Positions 1-13,728 of a stretch of DNA of 64,000 bases are shown in pieces (within the stretch, counting starts at the first letter, position 1; every line of letters starts with the position of its first letter). The translations under genes were made by a program, and so were the position numbers. Under the pieces are notes generated by a model that did not search any database, was not told where the DNA came from, and saw nothing but the letters and a program-made list of their open reading frames with translations. This stretch comes from the human T2T-CHM13v2.0 reference genome, Homo sapiens, in NCBI GenBank assembly GCA_009914755.4, contig CP068257.2, positions 39,968,001-40,032,000 of the forward strand. Direction: 5' to 3'.

Positions 1-3000
1 CTCCTCACTCAAAAGAGTTGGGATCCCAACTCAGTTTCAGGGTTTTATGAAGGCCTTAATCTTGGCAGAACTTGGACTCCTGCACTTGACTTCCTGCCTC
101 ATGAGGGAGCCAAAAGTGTTGCTCGGCTTCCCAGCCTCCTCTTCCTGAAAAAGCAGAAACCCCCAGACACAGCCAGCACCCGATGCCAGCTGCACTTCTC
201 TAGATTTCTTTCTTTTCCTAGATCTTCATCCAGACAGTGTTACCACCTTGTTACAGCTCCAATTCCTTTAAACACTTTTAAAAGACATTTTATTCAGCTT
301 TAGAGTTGTTTTCATTTGGATTATTGATCCAAATTATCTAGTCAGTCCAAATAACTAGAGGTGGAAATCACTTAAAACTCTGATGAATAAAGATGAGTGA
401 TGTGTCCTTTTTCCATGAATACATTTCTCCAAGCCTCAGTTTTAAAATGTTCCATACTTTAAATATTTACACTTCAGTTTACAATCTATAACCACCCACT
501 TTAATAAACTCAAAGTCCAAAGTGTTAATTAGGACTCACACCACAGCAGTTTTTTTTTCCTTGCCATTCATTCAACATTCTTGCCCATAACCTGAACATC
601 CTCAAACAAGAAATGGGGTTCATTCCTAACAAGAAAAACACTTAGATGGATAAACAGTTGTGTCTATTCAGATGGGACACAGCTCAGAGTTTTAAGAGAG
701 GGTTTGTAATATGAACACACTCATGCACAGCTCTGCTGTTAGATGTGGGTTGTGTAGGATCATGAGGAGGTCTTTGGCTTTTAGCATGGCACAGTTAGTC
801 TTTACCAGATGTGGGGAGTGGGGAAGAGAGGGCTTGAAGTGGATGTATCTGATGGTAAGAGATGGTCACAGGCCATGCCTCTCCCTAATCTCCCTCCTCT
901 CTGCTTACAGAAAACCCATGCCTGCTCCATGAACCCAGCTTTTCTTCACCAGCCATTGGCAGCATGAATCCATGGCATGCAAAGCTAAAGGGGGTCAAAG
1001 GTTGGAACTGAGATCTGGGGTGGGGTACAATAAAAGGGCTTGGCTGCCAGAGTAAATGCTCTTCTGAAGTGGCGAACAGCCATATTAGGAGGCGGTCTGT
1101 TTCTGTGATGTCAGGAGAATAGCTTTAGCAGCTGTGATTGTGCGGTCAGACAAAGCTAGGAGAGATTCCTGTATTCAACGGCATTTCATTTTACAATCTA
1201 TAAGGTGTGGGGCCCTAAAAGGGAAAATATAAAAATGTGGGATTGCCATTCAATTCAAGGGTCTTTAGGACTCATGCTAAAGCAAAGCCCAATCTAGTGA
1301 AAGAAGCACAGAGCAGGTGGAGAGCTCAGACTTCCACAAGAAGACAGAGGAATCAATCAAGTCTCTTTCCTGAGGACTTTGGCTGACGACTTGCCCTTTG
1401 CTTAACTTTTGGGGTCCATGACATGGTGCCTCCATGAAGAGGTTTAGAAGAAGGCCAGCACAGCCAGCAGCTGGAGGAGGGACAGGGGGGATTTTGGGGA
1501 GTCTTCGAGCCAGATACTGAGAGGGAGAAAGAGAATTTGGATTTTAAGTAGTTTTTCTGTGTGCTATGGAATAGCTTGTTCTGTTTTATGAGAATGTATA
1601 AAGACATACAGAGCTTCTTCCTTTCTTCCTGTTTACTTTTAGTCATCTGCCAGTGTTTTCTGAATACCAAACCTTGTGAAGATGAGCGTTGGGAAAGGAG
1701 TAGGAAGGTCCCAATTTGGAATTTTGACATCCTAAAAGCCTTGGGTGCCGCAGAATGAGTAAGCTGGAGGGTACTGTGTAAAGACCTCGGCTACTGCAGC
1801 AGAGAAACAGATCAAAAAAGTCAAGACCGGCGAGAGGAAAGTGATTGAAAGGCCATCACTGAAAGAGGTGACAAGCTTGGATTTGGCAGGGCAGGAGGGA
1901 TGCAGAGAGGGACGGATGTGAGAGTCCACAGGAAGAAGCCTTCTGATTGAAAGGGTGCTTGGCTGTGGATGTGAGGGACAGAAAGGGGTCGAGGCTGTCA
2001 CTGAGATCCTCAGCTTCAGCAAGGGGATGCATGGTGCCTTAATTTACTGTAAGAACATGGAAGAGGCACAGGTTTAGGGGGCGATATGGAGCCCCATTGT
2101 GGAAATGCAGGGTCTGAGGAGTGCCTGGCCTTCTGCTGGCGCTGCCCAGGAGAGCACTGGAGGAGCAGACGTGGCCTCCGGGAGATGCTGAGCCAGGGCT
2201 GAGGACATGAGATGCGCAGGGAGGGCAGACACTCCCACCAGGTCAGAGGAGAGACAGGGAGGCCAGCCCTGCCAAAGCCAGGCCTCAGTTTATTTGTAGA
2301 GTGAGAGCTTGAATTTCAGGATCACAAAAGGTTTTTTCCAAGAGCCAAAAGGACTTAGTTTCTAACTGTTCTCCTCCCTCCTTTTTGTGGCTGACAATGA
2401 ACAACCTAATCCCCTTCCTTTCTGAATAATTCTCCCTGCCCAGTGACTCACCCAGGTGCAGATGAGACACAGAGCTCATGGTTGCCTCCTGTGAAGTGCA
2501 GGAAGGATGGAGCAGACAGACCCAAAAGCACTGGCCTCCCAGATGAATCAGGAGGGATGTGCAGGCTGGGTGACGTCTGCCCCGGAACCAGGAAAGTGCG
2601 GCTGCTTCCTCCACACCCCGCCCGCCGCCCAGGACCCAGGGCCCTTCTGAAAAGTGAGCATTGTGTTGTTCTTTAGACTTATTTTATATGAAAGCACATC
2701 ACGCTCTAAGAAGAGTCACCCAGGCTTTCTGTTCTCAGGTGGAGCCTCCCTACACCCTACGCACACGGCGGCTGTTCCCCACGACACAGCGGGGGGCAAA
2801 TGACCACCAGGAGCCAGGGAGTCCCAGGGAAAGGACGCAGATGGCTCGTGTCCTGGAATTTCATGGGAGCCATTTGAAATCATCAGCAAATGACGCCCGA
2901 GTCTATAAGGGACCTCAGCGCAGGGGCTGGATGAGACAGGGTGGGCAGCCACAAAACAGGGTGGTGAAGGCCCGAGGCCAGGAGGGCTGGGTTAGCACTC

Positions 3001-3021
3001 GGCCACCAGAGGGAAGCAAGC

Positions 3022-3100
3022 AAGCTCCCTCCCTCTCTCTCTTTCTCTCTGTCTATGTGTCTTTCTCTCTCCCTCTCTGTCTCTCTCCATCTCTCTCTCC
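3022..3100. repeat. CT-rich (TCTC/CTCT)n polypyrimidine simple repeat
   Basis: Run of ctctctc / tctttctctc motifs visible in the sequence. Confidence 0.8.
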
Positions 3101-5075
3101 ACCCACACCTCCTGAGGATTGTTGGGTTTTCCCATGGACTAGGGTTAGACAGCCAGCGAGTCTGAACGGAAGGCGCCAGGTGTGGCAGTGGGGAAGTGAG
3201 GTGGGGCCTGGAACACAAGGGCAAGGGCCTCTGGGAGGACCGCGCAGGCTCGGCACACTGAGCGGACTGACTGCAGACCCTCCTCCCACACCAGGGGGAC
3301 CACCTCTCTGTGCAAAGATGTCCTCACTTGATATTCTCAATTCTTTGAGGTCAAGGTTTTATTAACACTCCCTGAAAAGTGGGAGAGCTTAGTGATAAGA
3401 CTGTATCATTTTTGCAAGACACAAAGCAAGCACAGCTGGATGGCATGTGCCAGCTCCCTCACCATGCTGAGCACTTTTACTCACATCTCACCCCTGCAGA
3501 CAGATGCCAGTGTCCTCACTCACCCACTGGGGCAGACATTATTAGTTGCCAATGCAAGACCCATTTCCTCACGTCCTAACTAATAGAACCCCAACTGTGT
3601 CCAGGCAGGTGACGTGCCCAGCTAAAAATACTCACCTTTTCAGACTCCCTTGAAGTTAGTAGCGGCCACGTGATACTTCCAACAAATAAGACATACACAG
3701 AGATCTGCTGGGGCTTCTGTGAAAACTTTTACTTCCCTGAAACGGGTACCACCTTCCTTCTCCCATTCTTTCTTCCTCCTTGAAGCACAGAAGCAATGCC
3801 TGGAGCTGCAGCGGCCATTTTGTGATTGTGAAGCAATGACCTGAGGAATGAAGGCCAACATCAAGGATGGCAAAACAGAGAGAGGAAAAGAGCAATTGTC
3901 CCCTGATGGCATGGCTGGGCCACTGCCCCAACCCTGTGAGGCCATGTGACTCCTTATTACATGAGCACAGGCTAGTCGGGGTTTGTGCTATCTGCAGGTG
4001 AATGCTTGGAGATTGTACAAAAGTTTATACTGGAGGCTTTGGAATTCAATAGAAGTAGACCTGGGTTAAAGTCAGGAGGATATTTTGGCTGTCTTTGGTA
4101 TTGTTATTGCCGATAAGGACCCACAAGGCCACCACTAATGGGGCCTCCAGACCAGAGCCGTGCTGGGAGTTTTCCCTTGTCCCTAGAGCCTACGCTTGTG
4201 GCCACATTCCTGATCATGAATGTGACATGATCATGGAGTTCTGTGGGGTTTGCTGATGAGTTGGGCACCGTGGAGGCAGAATCTCGGCTTCTCTGGACCC
4301 CAGCTGTTGTTTATTTGTTTGATGTCCTTTTGTTTTTACTAAACATTAGGATGTCTTCCGGGTCTAAACTTCTCTACTCCCAGCTCAGGGTGGCACGATG
4401 GCCATTAGATGGAGTTGGAATGAGGAGGAAGATATATCCCACTGGAAAACTTTTTCTGACTCTGATAACATGACCTTGTATCATTGGGGTTGTGGGGAGG
4501 ACTTCCACATACATAGAACACTATTTTGATCAGAGAAGTGTTTTATTTTTCTTCCTGTTTTACAAGAATGCACACTCAGTATAACTGGTATTTGTATGAA
4601 CTCAGTCACCCTGAACCCAAATATTGACATTCCAGGTGAATTAGTCCTGCACTCGGGTCTGTTGGCTCACCTCAGGTGCCAGCATGTACTCGGGAAAGAG
4701 TGCCAGGCCCAGGTGAAGAGGGCCTGGGGCTCCTGAGGACGGCTGCCCAAAGCCCATGACCCTGCTCGGCGGGGCCCCAGATAAATTACTGGCGATTCTG
4801 TCCGTGGCCCTCCCTCTGCCAGCACTCAGCCTCAGGCCAGTCCTAGTGCTGCATTCCAGCTGATGGAACAGCAGGACACACGGCCACTGCTCTGCTGGAC
4901 AGCCTTGGCTGCTCTCGTGTTCCTGCTGTGGGGCAGGAGGCAGGGCAGAGAGACTGAGGTTTGCAACTCTAACGACAGAGAACCAGATTGACTGTGTTTC
5001 GCCCCCAGATCTAGCTCAGCCCTGCTGGGTTTTCCACTCCGAGGAGGTCAGCGCCAAAGTGTTAATTTTGTATCT

Positions 5076-5134
5076 CTGGCTAGAGGCACAGTGCCTGCAT
5101 GCAGTAGGCGCTCAGAGTTTGTTTCATTGAGAAT
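5076..5134 (+). mobile_element. MIR 3'-end-like fragment
   Basis: ggcacagtgcctgcatgcagtaggcgctcagagtttgtttcattgagaa resembles the MIR consensus 3' region (gcacatagtaggcgctcaataaatgtt). Confidence 0.3.
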
Positions 5135-5328
5135 TTTTGTACTATTTGAAATACCGACATACTTTTGTCTTTGAAGAAAAGGGTCCTTTATGTTATTTAA
5201 ATGCAAACAGATACCTGGTGAGGCTAAAATCTTTCAGGCACTTGGTTTAAAACGCTTCAGGCTTTTAAACCATTCACATCACATGGTGTTTGGTGTTCAC
5301 CGTGGGCACATTTTAGGCAGAGTTTGAT

Positions 5329-6706
5329 ACACACAACACACACATGCCACACACACCACACACATATACACACACATCACACATATACACACACACCACA
5401 TACCACACACACCACGCATATACACACACACCACACACCACACATATACACACACACCACATACTACACACACCACACATACACACACACCACATACCAC
5501 ACACACCACACATATACACACACACCACATACCACACACATACACACTCCACACACGTATACACAGACCCCACACATGCCACACACATGCCACACACCAC
5601 ACGCACACCCCACACACACACCACATACCACACACACCACACATATACACACACTACATACCACACACATACACCCTCCACACACATATACACACACCCT
5701 ACGCCACACACACCACACATGCCACTCACACCACATAACACACACACACCCCCACACACACACCACATACCACACACACCACACATATACACACACACCA
5801 TATACCACACACATACACCCCCCACACACATATACATACACCCCATGCCACACACACACCACACTTGCCACACACATGCCATACACCACACACACACATA
5901 TCACACACCACACACATATACACACACACCACACATATACACACACACCACATACCACAAACGTACACCCCCACATATACACACACCCCACACTACACAC
6001 ACACCCACACACCACACATACCACACACATGCTGCACACCACACACACGCAGCCCCCCCCACACACCACACAGGCACACACATCCCACACACACACACAC
6101 CACACACTCCAGACACCCCTCACACACATACACACACCGTACACATACCACACACAAACACCCATATCACACACACACACACACACTGCACACAAACCAC
6201 ACACCCTCACCATACACAAACACACATGTGCCACACACACCACACTCACACACAAACACCACACATACAAACCACACACATGCACGCCATACACACAACC
6301 CACAGGCACATACAGACACACCACACATGCACACACCACACAACACACACAAACACCATGTACACTACACGCACATATCCCAGACATACCACATATAAAC
6401 ACAGCACACACACCACACATGCACACCCCACATACACACATACCATACACACACCACATGCACACATGCTCCCCACACAGACACACATACAATACAACTC
6501 ACACACAACATACACAACACAACACACACACACCCTCACATACACCATACACACATACCACACACACCCCGTGCATACACACATTACACTTGTGCACTAC
6601 ACCCACACACATACACATCCATACACACAAACATATGACATGTACACATAACCACACGAACCTTACACCCACATCCCACACACATGCCACACACACCACA
6701 CACACG
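5329..6706. repeat. Compound CA-rich macro-repeat (CACACACCACACAT / ACACATATACACAC units) about 1.4 kb long, with ~125 bp higher-order periodicity in its first half
   Basis: Almost exclusively C and A on the plus strand. A recurring block caccacataccacacacaccacacatatacacacaca is followed by ccacataccacacacatacac..ccacacacatatacacacacc at about 5489, 5620 and 5745. The repeat produces 342-471 aa artefactual ORFs on both strands. Confidence 0.9.
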
Positions 6707-6815
6707 CGTGTGAAACAGGCCACGCTTGACCAAGACTAAGACGTCATGCATAGTCAGATGCTCCATGATTTTATGCACCTCTAAGCAAAAATGGCAACTG
6801 CCAGCTAAGCTACTA

Positions 6816-7218
<403 letters not shown>

Positions 7219-7585
7219 TCATTTATGGGGGATGTCATTTTGGAGAGATGAGATTTATACACTGAAATAAATTTTAAAGCCCAGACAATCCATAACGATG
7301 AACTGCATGGTTTGGTGTGGGTGATACATGTCATAGGGATTCTGGAGGGAGAAATGTCAGCTGGTGCTAAGAAGGGTCGGGGAGGTTTTTAAACAAAGGT
7401 GATCTTAGCAGAGTCCTGAAGATGAAGTCCTGGATGAGAGGAAAGCAAGGAAATGGCATCGTGGAAAATATCCTGAAGGATGTTTCGTGGGGGTTGTCCT
7501 GGGCAGCACCATGCTACTGGGAGTGCCACTCACCTGGACAGGTCACCTGGCAGGTGGGCAGCTCTGCACACCACATACCACACAC

Positions 7586-7630
7586 ACCACATCCCATCCC
7601 ATCCCATCCCACCCTCATCCCATCCCACCA
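7586..7630. repeat. (CCCAT)n microsatellite
   Basis: catcccatcccatcccatcccaccctcatcccatccc lies between the CA-rich repeat and the L1 body. Confidence 0.8.
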
Positions 7631-9600
7631 CTTTTGCTGTATCCCAGAGGTTTTGACAGGTTGTGTCACTATTATTGTTCAGTTCAAAAAATGTTTTGAT
7701 TTCTATCTTCATATCATTGTTGACCCAATGTTCATTCAGGAGCAGGTTATTTAATTTGCATGTATTTGCATGGTTTTGAGGGTTCCTTTTGGAGTTGATT
7801 TCCAATTTTATTCCACTGTGGTCTGAGAAATTGCTTGATATAATTTCAATTTTCTTAAATTTACTGAGACTTGTTTTGTGGCCTACCATATGGTTTATCT
7901 GGAGAATGTCCCATATGCTGATGAATAGAATGTATATGCTGCAGTGATAGAATGTTCTCTAAATATCTGATAGATCCATTTGTTGTAGGGTATAGTTTGA
8001 GTCCATTGTTTCTTTGTTGACTTTCTGTCTTGATGACCTGTCTAGTACTGTCAGTGGAGTATTCAAGTTCCCCACTATTACTGTGTTGCTGTCTATCTCA
8101 TTTCTTAGGTCTAGTAGTAATTGTTTTATAAACTTGGAACCTCCAGCTTTAGGTGCCTATATATTTAGAATTGTGATATTTTCCTGTTGGACTAGTTCTT
8201 TTATCATTATGTAATGTCCCTCTTTGTCTTTTTTAACTGCTGTTGCCTTAAAGTGTGTTTTGTCTGATATAAGAATAGCTACTCCTGCTCATTTTGGGTG
8301 TCCATTTGCATGGAATATGTTTTTCCACCCCTTTACCTTAAGTTTATGTGAGTCCTTATGTGTTAGGTGAGTCTCCTGAAGACAGAAGAAACTTGGTTGG
8401 TGAATTCTTATCCATTCTGCCATTCTGTATCTGTTAAGTGGAGCATTTAGACTAGCATTTACATTCAGTGTTAGTTTTGAGATGTGAGGTACTGTTCAAT
8501 TCATCATGCTATTTGTTGCCTGAATGCCTTGGTTTTTTTCCATTGGGTTAGTGTTACATAGGTCCTGTGAGATTTTTTTTAAGGAGGTTCTATTTTGGTG
8601 TATTTTGAGGATTTGTTTCAAGATTTAGAGCCCCTTTTAGCAGTTTTTGTAGTGCTGGCTTAGTGGTGAATTCTCTCAGCATTTGCTGGAGAAGACTGTA
8701 TCTTTCCTTCATTTATGAAGCTTAGTTTTGCTGGATACAAAATTCTTGGCTGATAATTGTTTTGTTTAAGGAGGCTACAGATAGGACCCCAATCCCTTCT
8801 AGCTTGTAGGGTTTCTGCTGAGAAATCTGCTGTTAATCTGATAGGTTTTCCTTTATAAGTTATCTGATGCTTTTGCCTCACAGCTCGTAAGATTCTTCCC
8901 TTCATCTTGACTTTAAATAACCTGATGACTATAGGCCTAGGTGATGAACTTTTTACAATGTATTTTCCAGGTGTTATTTGAGCTTCTTGTATTTGAATGT
9001 CTAAATCCCTAGAAAGGTCAGGGAAGTTTTCCTCTATTATTCCCTCAAATAAGTTTTCCAAACTTTTAGATTTCTCTTCTTCCTTGGGAACATCAATTAT
9101 TCTTAGGGTTGGGCATTTAACATAGTCCCAAACTTCTTGGAGTCTTTGTTCAATTTTTTTATTCTTTTTTATTTGTCTTTGACAAATTGGGTTAATTCAA
9201 AAGCCTTGTCTTCAAGCTCTAAGGTTCTTTCTTCTGCTTGTTCAATTCTATTGCTGAGACTTCCCACTGTATTTTGCATTTCTCTAAGTGTGTCCTTGAT
9301 TTCCAGAAGTTGTGACTGTTTTTTATTTACACTATCTATTTGACTGAAGAATTTTCCTCTCATGTCCTGTATCATGTTTTCAATTTCTTTAAGTTAGACT
9401 TCACTTTTCCTTGGTGCCTCCTTGATTAGCTTATAATCGACCTTCTGAATTCTTTTTCCGGCAATTCAGAGATATCTTCTTGGTTTGAATCCATTGTTGG
9501 TGAGCTGGTATAACCTTCTGGAGGTGTTAAGTAAACTTGTTTTGTCATATTAAGGGAGGAGACCACCCCTCATATTGTCTTATGCCCAATTTCCGCCTCC
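7628..9600 (-). mobile_element. LINE-1 (older L1PA/L1PB-like), minus strand: ORF2 endonuclease N-terminal region, inter-ORF spacer and an ORF1 remnant. The element is 3'-truncated within ORF2 at about 7628.
   Basis: Minus-strand ORF 7530-7889 translates to ...[28 protein letters not shown]...[15 protein letters not shown]...[14 protein letters not shown], which matches the L1 ORF2 EN domain. ORF 8660-9061 (...RLFKVKMKGRILRAVRQK..YKGKPIRLTADFSAETLQARRDWGPI...QPRILYPAKLSFINEGKI) and ORF 9169-9375 (coiled-coil segment) match L1 ORF1p. Confidence 0.9.
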
Positions 9601-11540
9601 AAAGAAAGAAGAAGTAAAAACTAAAAGGCAGAAATGAAATTCACAAGCAGACAGCCCAGCGCCACACCCTGGGCTTGGTAGTTAAAGATCGACCCCTGAC
9701 CTAATGGGTTATGTTTTCTATAGATAACAGATATTGTATAGAAAAGCACTGTGAAAATCCCTGTCCTGTTCTGTTCCATTCTAATTATCGGTGCATGCAG
9801 CCCCCAGTCACGTACCCGCTGCTTGCTCAATTGATCACGGCCCTCTCACGCAGATCCCCTTAGAGTTGTGAGCCCTTAAAAGGGACAGGAATTGCTCACT
9901 CAGGGAGCTCGGTTGTTGGAGACATGAGTCTTGCCGAAGCTCCTGACCAAATAAGGCCCTTCCTTCTTTAGCTTGGTGTCTGAGGAGTTTTGTCTGCGGC
10001 TTGTCCTGCTACAATATTGCTAGAATTGTTTTTCTGGTTCCTTCTCATTTGGGTAGACTACATCAGAGGGAAGATCTGGGATTCAAGGCTGCTGTTCAGA
10101 TTCTTTTGTCCCATGGGGTGCTCCCTTGAGGTGGTGTTCTCCCCCTTCCCCTAGGAATGGGGAGAGTCAAACTATAGTGATTGTTGTTGCTCTTCTAGAT
10201 CTAGCCACACAGCGGAGCTACCAGGCTCCAGGCTGGTACTGGGGAGTGTCTGCAAAGAGCCCTGTGATGTGATCCATCCTCAGGTCTTGCAACTGTAGAT
10301 ACCAACACCTGCCCTGATGGAGTTAGCAGGGGGATGAAGTAGACTCTGTGAGGGTCCTTGGTTGTGTTTTGGTTTAGTGTGCTGGTGTGTTAGTTGCCCT
10401 CCAGCCAGAAGGTGGCACTCTCAAGAGTACGTCAGCTGCAGTCCTGTAGGGAGGAAACAAACTAGCCTGAGGTACACCTGGGTATCCCTAAGTATTCAGG
10501 TTTCTCAGGCAGTGGGCAGGGCCATAGAGTTCCCAAGAGATTATGACCTTTGTCTTCATCTACCAGGGTGGATAGAGAAAGACCACCAGGTAGAGGTAGG
10601 GATAGGCATGTCTGAGCTCAGCCTCTCCTTGGGCAAGACTTGCTGTGGCTGCTGTGGGGGATGGGGGTGTGGTTCCCAGGCCAATGGAGTTATATTCCCA
10701 GGGGGATTATGGCCTCCTCTGCCGAGTCATATAGGTCGCCAGGGAAGTGGGGGAAAGCCAGCAGTCGCAGGCCTCACCCTGCTCCCATGCAGCCCACAGT
10801 CCTAAAGGCTGGTCTCACTCCCTCCGTGCACTCCCAATAGCAATAAGTCTATTTCCATGCAGCCGGTGACCAGGGCTGAGAACTTGCCCCAGACCATGAG
10901 CCTCCCCGCTGAGAAAGCAAGTGGACTCACAGGTTTTCCATGTCCCATGGAGCTTGCAGCGTTGATCCCGTTCCTTCAAAGGGTCTGTGGATTCTCTCAG
11001 CTTTCCTGGTATGTTCTTGCGGTAGTTCTTAGAGCAAAAGTTTATGATGTGAGTGTCCACACACTGCTCTGTCTGTCCGAGTGAGAGCTGCAAGCTAGTC
11101 CTGCCTCCTATCTGCCATCTGAATCCCCTCTATTTTGCAGAGAGTCCCAAAACCTCAAAAGTAGAGAAGTCAACAGTGCAGCCATCAGTGTGGCTAAAGG
11201 CCCAAGAGCCCCTGGCAAACCACTGGTGTAGGTCCAAGAGTCTAACCAAAAGCTAAAGAACTTGGAGTCTGATGTTCGAGGGCAGGAAGCACCCAGCACG
11301 GGAGAAAGATGGAGGCCAGAAGACTCAGCAAGTCAAGTCCTTCCACATTCCTCTGCCTGTTTTTATCCTAGCTGCACTGGCAGCTGATGAGATAGTGCCC
11401 ACCCAGATTGAGGGTGGGTCTACCTCTCCCATCCCACTGACTCAAATGCTAATCTCCTTTGGCGACACTCTCACAGACACACCCAGAAACAATACTTTGC
11501 ATCCTTCAATCCAATCAAGTTGACACTCAATATTAACCAT
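9600..11540 (-). mobile_element. Probable long 5' UTR of the same old L1 (minus strand). The 9590-10000 sub-block is CpG-retaining and has an LTR-like ending (..aataaggccc..tgtctgcgg).
   Basis: It directly abuts the ORF1 start region of the L1 body. Words such as ggctgagctcagacatgcc / ctggagggcaactaacacacc resemble L1PA8-L1PB 5' UTRs. The assignment is by contiguity and partial memory of older L1 5' UTRs. Confidence 0.4.
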
Positions 11541-11686
11541 TACAGTAGCAGATATATAATTTTATATGCATGTGTATATAATTGGAAATCTTTAGAGGTT
11601 ACTAGGGCAACAAAAATTTTTCAGAAAATTTATAAAAAGACAGAATAAATCATGTGCTTGGCCTTTTCTATAAAAATACCAATTCA

Positions 11687-12025
<339 letters not shown>

Positions 12026-12506
12026 TTATTCTTTATAGAAGAATTACAGCTATAAATGTAGAAAGAACAAGAGTTAGAAAATCGCTTTTTTGCAATGCCC
12101 AGTGGAATAGTAGTTCTAAGCCATGATTCTCATCGGCTGCTAAACTGAGGGTCGAAAAACTGATGGGGACAGGCCAGCACATCTGAGTCGGGGACAACCT
12201 GAACACCCCCATGAGGGAGGTACCCAACACCTCCTGGGATGTCTTCTTGTCCAAAGGATTGAACCTGCGTTTCAGCCCTTCTGTGGATCTCCCATTTTGC
12301 AGAAAATACCGACCATAGCGGAAAATTTTACACAACACCTTACAGACACAAACAGGCTAGTCCAGAAGGCAGGAAGCTCCTTAGGACAAATAACAGGATT
12401 TCTTCAATAAATAAATGTCAGGAAAGGATGGGGAGAGAATTGCTATAAATTAAAAAGAACTGAGGAGATACACCATCCACTTGCTTCCTATGAGCCTCGA
12501 GCCTTG

Positions 12507-12976
<470 letters not shown>

Positions 12977-13405
12977 CCCCCTGTCTTATTTTATATAAGC
13001 AAAACGGGTGGAACATAGATTAGGTATTAGAGAACTGCTGTTCACAGTTACCTGCTGTTAGAGTTTCACACGTGTATAAGTCTTGACAGTATGTACATTA
13101 GGTAAGTGTAATAGGTACATGTTTCTCTACACATAGATTTTTATAATGTGCTTATACCTCATCAGTTTGCCCATGTTATAAAATACCTTGCCCTTCTTCT
13201 CACATGCACACACAGTTCTACCTCTTTCTTTTTAATGCTCATGTATTATTTCACTATACAGATATGCCAAAATAATATCATTCCTCTATTAACGATCTTC
13301 ATCTTGTTTCCTTTTGCTGTTGTTCTTGCTATTACAAAGAACATCATCAAAAACACTCTTGTTCATATATTTGTGTGCAAGCATTTCTGTTGGGCTGATT
13401 CCTAG

Positions 13406-13728
<323 letters not shown>

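Noticed and set aside
2661-3365. 234 aa plus-strand ORF
   Set aside because: It runs through a CT-rich simple repeat and GC-rich low-complexity sequence (..SLSLFLSVYVSFSLPLCLSPSLSPP..). It resembles no protein family and has no splice or Kozak support.
5324-6739. Very long ORFs (471, 435, 342, 194, 177 aa) on both strands, with His/Thr-rich and Cys/Val-rich translations
   Set aside because: They are a direct product of the CA/TG compound repeat, which lacks the stop codons TAA/TAG/TGA on one strand. The composition is non-protein-like, there is no coding periodicity, and the ORFs overlap one another in multiple frames.
8660-9375. L1 ORF1p-like ORFs (133 aa and 68 aa)
   Set aside because: These are genuine L1 ORF1 homology, but split across frames and truncated. 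It is a decayed transposon remnant, not a functional gene, and is reported as part of the L1 feature.
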